In this document: positions 1 through 12,402 of the stretch, piece after piece | Layout: each line of letters begins with the position of its first letter | How positions within the stretch are numbered: position 1 is the stretch's first letter | NCBI GenBank assembly: GCA_964016885.1 | Contig: OZ024744.1 | Location: 17,360,001-17,424,000, forward strand | Direction: 5' to 3' | Source: Eledone cirrhosa | Taxonomy: Eukaryota | Length of the DNA: 64,000 bases | Made by a program: the position numbers and the translations under genes | The notes under the pieces: generated by a model | Database searches by the model: none | What the model was told of the DNA's origin: nothing | Seen by the model: the letters and a program-made list of their open reading frames with translations, nothing else

Positions 1-3000
1 CATTGACGATAGGTTGATACTCATTGCTGACCTGTACACCATCAGATATTGACAGCAGGTTGATACTCATTGCTGACCTGTACACCATCAGACATTGACG
101 GCAGGTTGATACTCATTCCTGACCTGTACACCATCAGACATTGACGGCAGGTTGATACTCATTGCTGACCTGTACACCATCAGACATTCACGGCAGGTTG
201 ATACTCATTGCTGACCTGTACACCATCAGACATTGACGGTAGGTTGATACTCATTGCTGACCTGTACACCATCAGATACTGACGACAGGTTGATACTCAT
301 TGCTGACCTGTACACCATCAGAATTTGACGTCAGGTTGATACTCATTGCTGACCTGTACACCATCAGACATTGACGACAGGTTGATACTCATTGCTGACC
401 TGTACATCACATACTGACGACAGGTTGATACTCATTGCTGACATGTAAACCATCAGATACTGACGACAGGTTGATACTCATTGCTGACCTGTACACCATC
501 AGATACTAACGACAGGTTGATACTCATTGCTGACCTGTACACCATCAGATACTAACGACAGGTTGATACTCATTGCTGACATGTACACCATCAGATACTG
601 ACGACAGGTTGATACTCATTGCTGACCTGTACACCATCAGGTATTGACGGCAGTTTGGTACTCATTGCTGACCTGTACACCATCATATATTGACGGCAGG
701 TTGATATTCATTGCTGACTTGTACACCATCAGACATTGACGACAGGTTGATACTCATTGCTAACCTGTACACCATCAGACATTGACGACAGGTTGATACT
801 CATTACTGACTTGTACACCATCAGACATTGACGGCAGGTTGATACTCATTGCTGACCTGTACACCATCATACATTGACGACAGGTTGATACTCATTGCTG
901 ACCTGTACACCATCAGACAATGACGGCAGGTTGATACTCATTGCTGACTTGTACGCCATCAGACACTGACGGCAGGTTGATACTCATCGCTGACCTGTAC
1001 ACCATCAGACATTGACGGCAGGTTGATACTCATTGCTGATCTGTACACCAACAGGTATTGACGACAGGTTGATACTCATTGCTGACCTGTACACCATCAG
1101 ACATTGACGGCAGGTTGATACTCATTGCTGACCTGTACACCATCAGGTATTGACGGCAGGTTGATACTCATTGCTGACCTGTACACCAACATATATTGAC
1201 GGCAAGTTGATACTCATTGCTGACGTGTACACCATCAGACATTGACGACAGGTTGATACTCATTGCTGACCTGTACACCATCAGACATTGATGACAGGTT
1301 GATACTCATTGCTGACCTGTACACCATCAGACATTGACGTTAGGTTGATACTAATTGCTGACCTGTACACCTTCAGATATTGATGTCAGGTAGATACTCA
1401 TTGCTGACCTTACACCATCAGGTATTGACGGCAGGTTGATACTCATTGCTGACCTGTACACCATCAAACTCTGACGGCAGGTTGATACTCATATTTGACC
1501 TGTACACCATCAGGTATTGAGGCAGGTTGATACTCATTGCTGACCTGTACACCATCAGACATTGACGACATGTTGATACTCATTGGTGACCTGTACACCA
1601 TCAGATACTGACGACAGGTTGATTCTCATTTCTGACCTGTACACCATCAGACATTGACGGCAGGTTGATACACATTGTTGAACTGTACACCATCAGACAT
1701 TGACGGCAGATTGATACTCATTGCTGACCTGTACACCATCAGACATTGACGACAGGTTAATACTCATTGCTGACCTGAACACCATGAGACATTGACGGCA
1801 GGTTGATAGTCTTTGCTGACCCGTATACCATCAGATACTGACAATCGTTTGATAATCATTGCTGGCCTGTACACCATCAGGTATTGACGACAGTTTGGTA
1901 CTCATTGCTGACTTGTACACCATCAGGTATTGACGGCAGGTTGATACACATTGTTGACCTGTACATCATCAGACATTGACGGCAGGTTGATACACATTGC
2001 TGACCTGTACACCATCAGGTATTGACGGCAGGTTGATATCATTGCTAACCTGTACACCATCAGACATTGACGACAAGTTGATACTCATTGCTGACCTGTA
2101 CACCATCAGATACTGACGACAGCTTGATACTCATTGCTGACCTGTACACCATCAGACATTTACGGCAGGTTGATACTCATTGCTTACCTGTACACAATCA
2201 GACATTGACAGCAGGTTGATACTCATTGTTGACCAGTACACCATCAGATACTGACGACAGGTTGATACTCATTGCTGACCTGTACACCATCAGACATTGA
2301 CGGCAGGTTGATACTCATTGCTGACCTGTACACCATGAGTTATTGACGACAAGTTGATACTCATTGTTGACCTGTACACCATCAGACATTGATGACAGGT
2401 TGATACTCATTGCTGACCTGTACACCATCAGAATTTGACGGCAGGTTGATACTCATTGCTGACCTGTACACCATCAGATTGATGACAGGTTGATACTCAT
2501 TGCTGACCTGTACACCATCAGACATTGACGACAGGTTGAAACTCATTGCTGACCTGTACAACACCAGACATTGACGACAGGTTAATACTCATTGCTGACC
2601 TGTACACCATCAGACATTGACGGCAGGTTGATACTCATTGCTGACCTGTACACCATCAGACATTGACGACAGGTTGATACTCATTGCTGACCTGTACACC
2701 ATCAGACATTGACGATAGGTTGATACACATTGCTGACCTGTACACCATCAGATATTGACGACATGTTGATACTCATTGCTGACCTGTACACCATCAGGTA
2801 TTGACGACAGGTTGATACTCATTGCTGACCTGTACACTATCAGACATTGACGGCAGGTTGATACTCATTGCTGACCTGTACACCATCAGATACTGACAAC
2901 AGCTTGATACTCATTGCTGACCTGTACACCATCAGACATTGACGGTAGGTTGATACTCATTGCTGACCTGTACACCATCAGATATTGACAGCAGGTTGAT

Positions 3001-6000
3001 ACTCATTGCTGACCTGTACACCATCATACATTGACAACAGGCTGATACTCATTGCTGACCTGTACGCCATTAGACATTGACGAGAGTTTAATACTCATTG
3101 CTGACCTGTACACCATCAGGTATTGACGGCAGGTTGATACTCATTTCTGACCTGTACACCATCAGACATTGACGGCAGGTTGATACTCATTGCTGACCTG
3201 TACACCATCAGATATTGACGACATGTTGATACTCATTGCTGACCTGTACACCATCAGACATTGACGGCAGGTTGATACTCATTGCTGACCTGTACACCAT
3301 CAGATACTGACGACAGGTTGATACTCATTGCTGACCTGTACACCATCAGACATTGACGGCAGGTTGATACTCATTGCTGACCTGTACACCATCAGATATT
3401 GACGGCAGGTTGATACTCATTGCTGACCTGTACACCATCAGTTATTGACGACAAGTTGATACTGATTGCTGACCTGTACACCATCAGATATTGACAGCAG
3501 GTTGATACTCATTGCTGACCTGTACACCATCATACATTGACGCAGGTTGATACTCATTGCCCACCTGTACACCATCAGGTATTGATGGCAGGTTGATACT
3601 CATTGCTGACCTGTACACCATCACTTATTGACGACAGGTTCATACTCATTGCTGACATGTACACCATCAGACATTGACGGCAGGTTGATACTCATTGCTG
3701 ACCTGTACACCATCAGACATTGACGGTAGGTTGATACTCATTGCTGACCTGTACACCATCAGATACTGACGACAGGTTGATACTCATTGCTGACCGGTAC
3801 ACCATCAGGTATTGACGACAGGTTGATACTCATTAGTGACCTGTACACCATCAGGTATTGACGGCAGGTTGATACTCATTTCTGACCTGTACACCATCAT
3901 ACATTGACGATAGGTTGATACTCATTGCTGACCTGTACACCATCAGATATTGACAGCAGGTTGATACTCATTGCTGACCTGTACACCATCAGACATTGAC
4001 GGCAGGTTGATACTCATTCCTGACCTGTACACCATCAGACATTGACGGCAGGTTGATACTCATTGCTGACCTGTACACCATCAGACATTCACGGCAGGTT
4101 GATACTCATTGCTGACCTGTACACCATCAGACATTGACGGTAGGTTGATACTCATTGCTGACCTGTACACCATCAGATACTGACGACAGGTTGATACTCA
4201 TTGCTGACCTGTACACCATCAGAATTTGACGTCAGGTTGATACTCATTGCTGACCTGTACACCATCAGACATTGACGACAGGTTGATACTCATTGCTGAC
4301 CTGTACATCACATACTGACGACAGGTTGATACTCATTGCTGACATGTAAACCATCAGATACTGACGACAGGTTGATACTCATTGCTGACCTGTACAGCAT
4401 CAGATACTAACGACAGGTTGATACTCATTGCTGACCTGTACACCATCAGATACTAACGACAGGTTGATACTCATTGCTGACATGTACACCATCAGATACT
4501 GACGACAGGTTGATACTCATTGCTGACCTGTACACCATCAGGTATTGACGGCAGTTTGGTACTCATTGCTGACCTGTACACCATCATATATTGACGGCAG
4601 GTTGATATTCATTGCTGACTTGTACACCATCAGACATTGACGACAGGTTGATACTCATTGCTAACCTGTACACCATCAGACATTGACGACAGGTTGATAC
4701 TCATTACTGACTTGTACACCATCAGACATTGACGGCAGGTTGATACTCATTGCTGACCTGTACACCATCATACATTGACGACAGGTTGATACTCATTGCT
4801 GACCTGTACACCATCAGACATTGACGGCAGGTTGATACTCATTGCTGACTTGTACGCCATCAGACACTGACGGCAGGTTGATACTCATCGCTGACCTGTA
4901 CACCATCAGACATTGACGGCAGGTTGATACTCATTGCTGATCTGTACACCAACAGGTATTGACGACAGGTTGATACTCATTGCTGACCTGTACACCATCA
5001 GACATTGACGGCAGGTTGATACTCATTGCTGACCTGTACACCATCAGGTATTGACGGCAGGTTGATACTCATTGCTGACCTGTACACCAACATATATTGA
5101 CGGCAAGTTGATACTCATTGCTGACGTGTACACCATCAGACATTGACGACAGGTTGATACTCATTGCTGACCTGTACACCATCAGACATTGATGACAGGT
5201 TGATACTCATTGCTGACCTGTACACCATCAGACATTGACGTTAGGTTGATACTAATTGCTGACCTGTACACCTTCAGATATTGATGTCAGGTAGATACTC
5301 ATTGCTGACCTTACACCATCAGGTATTGACGGCAGGTTGATACTCATTGCTGACCTGTACACCATCAAACTCTGACGGCAGGTTGATACTCATATTTGAC
5401 CTGTACACCATCAGGTATTGAGGCAGGTTGATACTCATTGCTGACCTGTACACCATCAGACATTGACGACATGTTGATACTCATTGGTGACCTGTACACC
5501 ATCAGATACTGACGACAGGTTGATTCTCATTTCTGACCTGTACACCATCAGACATTGACGGCAGGTTGATACACATTGTTGAACTGTACACCATCAGACA
5601 TTGACGGCAGATTGATACTCATTGCTGACCTGTACACCATCAGACATTGACGACAGGTTAATACTCATTGCTGACCTGAACACCATGAGACATTGACGGC
5701 AGGTTGATAGTCTTTGCTGACCCGTATACCATCAGATACTGACAATCGTTTGATAATCATTGCTGGCCTGTACACCATCAGGTATTGACGACAGTTTGGT
5801 ACTCATTGCTGACTTGTACACCATCAGGTATTGACGGCAGGTTGATACACATTGTTGACCTGTACATCATCAGACATTGACGGCAGGTTGATACACATTG
5901 CTGACCTGTACACCATCAGGTATTGACGGCAGGTTGATATCATTGCTAACCTGTACACCATCAGACATTGACGACAAGTTGATACTCATTGCTGACCTGT

Positions 6001-9000
6001 ACACCATCAGATACTGACGACAGCTTGATACTCATTGCTGACCTGTACACCATCAGACATTGACGGCAGGTTGATACTCATTGCTTACCTGTACACAATC
6101 AGACATTGACAGCAGGTTGATACTCATTGTTGACCAGTACACCATCAGATACTGACGACAGGTTGATACTCATTGCTGACCTGTACACCATCAGACATTG
6201 ACGGCAGGTTGATACTCATTGCTGACCTGTACACCATGAGTTATTGACGACAAGTTGATACTCATTGTTGACCTGTACACCATCAGACATTGATGACAGG
6301 TTGATACTCATTGCTGACCTGTACACCATCAGAATTTGACGGCAGGTTGATACTCATTGCTGACCTGTACACCATCAGATTGATGACAGGTTGATACTCA
6401 TTGCTGACCTGTACACCATCAGACATTGACGACAGGTTGAAACTCATTGCTGACCTGTACAACACCAGACATTGACGACAGGTTAATACTCATTGCTGAC
6501 CTGTACACCATCAGACATTGACGGCAGGTTGATACTCATTGCTGACCTGTACACCATCAGACATTGACGACAGGTTGATACTCATTGCTGACCTGTACAC
6601 CATCAGACATTGACGATAGGTTGATACACATTGCTGACCTGTACACCATCAGATATTGACGACATGTTGATACTCATTGCTGACCTGTACACCATCAGGT
6701 ATTGACGACAGGTTGATACTCATTGCTGACCTGTACACCATCAGACATTGACGGCAGGTTGATACTCATTGCTGACCTGTACACCATCAGATACTGACAA
6801 CAGCTTGATACTCATTGCTGACCTGTACACCATCAGACATTGACGGTAGGTTGATACTCATTGCTGACCTGTACACCATCAGATATTGACAGCAGGTTGA
6901 TACTCATTGCTGACCTGTACACCATCATACATTGACGACAGGCTGATACTCATTGCTGACCTGTACGCCATTAGACATTGACGAGAGTTTAATACTCATT
7001 GCTGACCTGTACACCATCAGGTATTGACGGCAGGTTGATACTCATTTCTGACCTGTACACCATCAGACATTGACGGCAGGTTGATACTCATTGCTGACCT
7101 GTACACCATCAGATATTGACGACATGTTGATACTCATTGCTGACCTGTACACCATCAGACATTGACGGCAGGTTGATACTCATTGCTGACCTGTACACCA
7201 TCAGATACTGACGACAGGTTGATACTCATTGCTGACCTGTACACCATCAGACATTGACGGCAGGTTGATACTCATTGCTGACCTGTACACCATCAGATAT
7301 TGACGGCAGGTTGATACTCATTGCTGACCTGTACACCATCAGTTATTGACGACAAGTTGATACTGATTGCTGACCTGTACACCATCAGATATTGACAGCA
7401 GGTTGATACTCATTGCTGACCTGTACACCATCATACATTGACGCAGGTTGATACTCATTGCCCACCTGTACACCATCAGGTATTGACGGCAGGTTGATAC
7501 TCATTGCTGACCTGTACACCATCACTTATTGACGACAGGTTCATACTCATTGCTGACATGTACACCATCAGACATTGACGGCAGGTTGATACTCATTGCT
7601 GACCTGTACACCATCAGACATTGACGGTAGGTTGATACTCATTGCTGACCTGTACACCATCAGATACTGACGACAGGTTGATACTCATTGCTGACCGGTA
7701 CACCATCAGGTATTGACGACAGGTTGATACTCATTAGTGACCTGTACACCATCAGGTATTGACGGCAGGTTGATACTCATTTCTGACCTGTACACCATCA
7801 TACATTGACGATAGGTTGATACTCATTGCTGACCTGTACACCATCAGATATTGACAGCAGGTTGATACTCATTGCTGACCTGTACACCATCAGACATTGA
7901 CGGCAGGTTGATACTCATTCCTGACCTGTACACCATCAGACATTGACGGCAGGTTGATACTCATTGCTGACCTGTACACCATCAGACATTCACGGCAGGT
8001 TGATACTCATTGCTGACCTGTACACCATCAGACATTGACGGTAGGTTGATACTCATTGCTGACCTGTACACCATCAGATACTGACGACAGGTTGATACTC
8101 ATTGCTGACCTGTACACCATCAGAATTTGACGTCAGGTTGATACTCATTGCTGACCTGTACACCATCAGACATTGACGACAGGTTGATACTCATTGCTGA
8201 CCTGTACATCACATACTGACGACAGGTGGATACTCATTGCTGACATGTAAACCATCAGATACTGACGACAGGTTGATACTCATTGCTGACCTGTACACCA
8301 TCAGATACTAACGACAGGTTGATACTCATTGCTGACCTGTACACCATCAGATACTAACGACAGGTTGATACTCATTGCTGACATGTACACCATCAGATAC
8401 TGACGACAGGTTGATACTCATTGCTGACCTGTACACCATCAGGTATTGACGGCAGTTTGGTACTCATTGCTGACCTGTACACCATCATATATTGACGGCA
8501 GGTTGATATTCATTGCTGACTTGTACACCATCAGACATTGACGACAGGTTGATACTCATTGCTAACCTGTACACCATCAGACATTGACGACAGGTTGATA
8601 CTCATTACTGACTTGTACACCATCAGACATTGACGGCAGGTTGATACTCATTGCTGACCTGTACACCATCATACATTGACGACAGGTTGATACTCATTGC
8701 TGACCTGTACACCATCAGACATTGACGGCAGGTTGATACTCATTGCTGACTTGTACGCCATCAGACACTGACGGCAGGTTGATACTCATCGCTGACCTGT
8801 ACACCATCAGACATTGACGGCAGGTTGATACTCATTGCTGATCTGTACACCAACAGGTATTGACGACAGGTTGATACTCATTGCTGACCTGTACACCATC
8901 AGACATTGACGGCAGGTTGATACTCATTGCTGACCTGTACACCATCAGGTATTGACGGCAGGTTGATACTCATTGCTGACCTGTACACCAACATATATTG

Positions 9001-10070
9001 ACGGCAAGTTGATACTCATTGCTGACGTGTACACCATCAGACATTGACGACAGGTTGATACTCATTGCTGACCTGTACACCATCAGACATTGATGACAGG
9101 TTGATACTCATTGCTGACCTGTACACCATCAGACATTGACGTTAGGTTGATACTAATTGCTGACCTGTACACCTTCAGATATTGATGTCAGGTAGATACT
9201 CATTGCTGACCTTACACCATCAGGTATTGACGGCAGGTTGATACTCATTGCTGACCTGTACACCATCAAACTCTGACGGCAGGTTGATACTCATATTTGA
9301 CCTGTACACCATCAGGTATTGAGGCAGGTTGATACTCATTGCTGACCTGTACACCATCAGACATTGACGACATGTTGATACTCATTGGTGACCTGTACAC
9401 CATCAGATACTGACGACAGGTTGATTCTCATTTCTGACCTGTACACCATCAGACATTGACGGCAGGTTGATACACATTGTTGAACTGTACACCATCAGAC
9501 ATTGACGGCAGATTGATACTCATTGCTGACCTGTACACCATCAGACATTGACGACAGGTTAATACTCATTGCTGACCTGAACACCATGAGACATTGACGG
9601 CAGGTTGATAGTCTTTGCTGACCCGTATACCATCAGATACTGACAATCGTTTGATAATCATTGCTGGCCTGTACACCATCAGGTATTGACGACAGTTTGG
9701 TACTCATTGCTGACTTGTACACCATCAGGTATTGACGGCAGGTTGATACACATTGTTGACCTGTACATCATCAGACATTGACGGCAGGTTGATACACATT
9801 GCTGACCTGTACACCATCAGGTATTGACGGCAGGTTGATATCATTGCTAACCTGTACACCATCAGACATTGACGACAAGTTGATACTCATTGCTGACCTG
9901 TACACCATCAGATACTGACGACAGCTTGATACTCATTGCTGACCTGTACACCATCAGACATTGACGGCAGGTTGATACTCATTGCTTACCTGTACACAAT
10001 CAGACATTGACAGCAGGTTGATACTCATTGTTGACCAGTACACCATCAGATACTGACGACAGGTTGATAC
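1..10070. repeat. Higher-order repeat, 85 monomers / 3,901-bp period (about 2.6 copies visible: 1-3901, 3902-7802, 7803-10070)
   Basis: The same ordered variants recur at +3901, e.g. atcgtttgataatc at 1844/5745/9646 and ORFs at 2382/6283. 85x46-9=3901, which matches six deletion monomers (3+1+1+1+2+1 bp). I saw only about 6 substitutions between copies 1 and 2. Confidence 0.95.
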
Positions 10071-12402
10071 ACATTGCTGACCTGTACACCATCATACATT
10101 GACGACAGGTTGATACTCATTGCTGACCTGTACACCATCAAACATTGACGGCAGGTTGTTACTCATAGTTGACCTGTACACCATCATGTATTGACGACAG
10201 GTTGATACTCATTAGTGACCTGTACACCATCAGGTATTGACGGCAGGTTGATACTCATTGCTGACCTGTACACCATCAGATACTGACGGCAGGTTGATAC
10301 TCATTGCTGACCTGTACACCATCAGACATTGACGGCAGGTTGATACTCATTTCTGACCTGTACACCATCATACATTGACGATAGGTTGATACTCATTGCT
10401 GACCTGTACACCATCAGATATTGACGACAGGTTGATACTCATTGCTGACCTGTACACCGTCAGATATTGACGGCAGGTTGATACTCATTGCTGACCTGTA
10501 CACCATCAGACATTGACGGCAGGTTGATACTCATTTCTGACCTGTACACCATCATACATTGACGATAGGTTGATACTCATTGCTGACCTGTACACCATCA
10601 GATATTGACGACATGTTGATCCTCATTGCTGACCTGTACACCATCAGACATTGACGGCAGGTTGATACTCATTGCTGACCTGTACACCATCAGATACTGA
10701 CGACAGGTTGATACTCATTGCTGACCTGTACACCATCAGACATTGAGGGCATGTTGATACTCATTGCTGACCTGTACACCATCAGTTATTGACGACAAGT
10801 TGATACTCATTGCTGACCTGTACACCATCTGATATTGACAGCAGGTTGATACTCATTGCTGACCTGTACACCATCAGACATTGACGGCAGGTTGATACTC
10901 ATTCCTGACCTGTACACCATCAGACATTGACGGCAGGTTGATACTCATTGCTGACCTGTACACCATCAGACATTCACGGCAGGTTGATACTCATTGCTGA
11001 CCTGTACACCATCAGACATTGACGGTAGGTTGATACTCATTGCTGACCTGTACACCATCAGATACTGACGACAGGTTGATACTCATTGCTGACCTGTACA
11101 CCATCAGAATTTGACGTCAGGTTGATACTCATTGCTGACCTGTACACCATCAGACATTGACGACAGGTTGATACTCATTGCTGACCTGTACATCACATAC
11201 TGACGACAGGTTGATACTCATTGCTGACATGTAAACCATCAGATACTGACGACAGGTTGATACTCATTGCTGACCTGTACACCATCAGATACTAACGACA
11301 GGTTGATACTCATTGCTGACATGTACACCATCAGATACTGACGACAGGTTGATACTCATTGCTGTCCTGTACACCATCAGGTATTGACGACAGGTTGGTA
11401 CTCATTGTTGACCTGTACACCATCACATACTGACGACAAGTTGATACTCATTGCTCACCTGTACACCATCAGGCATTGACGGCAGGTTGATACTCATTGC
11501 TGACCTGTACACCATCAGGTATTGACGACAGGTTGATACTCATTGTTGACCTGTACACCATCAGACATTGATGACAGGTTGATACTCATTGCTGACCTGT
11601 ACACCATCAGAATTTGACGTCAGGTTGATACTCATTGCTGACCTGTACACCATCAGACATTGACGACAGGTTGATACTCATTACTGACCTGTACATCACA
11701 TACTGACGACATGTTGATACTCATTGCTGACATGTACACCATCAGATACTGACGACAGGTTGATACTCATTGCTCACCTGTACACCATCAGGCATTGACG
11801 GCAGGTTGATACTCATTGCTGACCTGAACACCATCAGACATTGACGGCAGGTTGATACTCATTGCTGACCTGTACACCATCAGATACTGACGACAGGTTG
11901 ATACTCATTACTGACATGTACACCATCAGATACTGACGACAGGTTGATACTCATTGCTGACCTGTACACCATCAGGTATTGACGACAGGTTGGTACTCAT
12001 TGTTGACCTGTACACCATCAGATACTGACGACAAGTTGATACTCATTGCTGACTTGTACACCATCAGATATTGACGACAGGTTGGTACTCATTGATGACC
12101 TGTACACCATCAGATACTGACGACAGTTTGATACTCATTGCTGACCTGTACACCATCAGGTATTGACGACAGGTTGATACACATTGCTGACCTGTACACC
12201 ATCAGACATTGACCACAGGTTGCTATTCATTGCTGACCTGTACACCATCAGATACTGACGGCAGGTTGATACTCATTGCTGACCTGTACACCATCAGACA
12301 TTGACGACAGGTTGATACTAATTGCTGACCTGTACACCATCAGACATTGACGACAGGTTGATACTCATTGCTGACCTGTACACCACCAGACATTGTCGAC
12401 AG

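Noticed and set aside
275-322. Hammerhead-ribozyme-like core: CTGACGA followed directly by the CAGGT/ACCTG stem in GATAC-type monomers (hammerheads occur in newt, schistosome and cricket satellites)
   Set aside because: The essential GAAA after stem II is absent (the sequence is TACA), and I could not form stems I and III. An Infernal search with Rfam hammerhead models would settle it.
2382-2564. Seven 60-aa minus-strand ORFs (2382, 6283, 19367, 21389, 29794, 31908, 34526)
   Set aside because: The monomer length of 46 is not a multiple of 3. On the minus strand two of the three frames of the monomer are stop-free, and each ORF coincides with the 2-bp-deleted monomer (cagattgat) that skips the stop-containing frame once. 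These are translation artefacts of the repeat.
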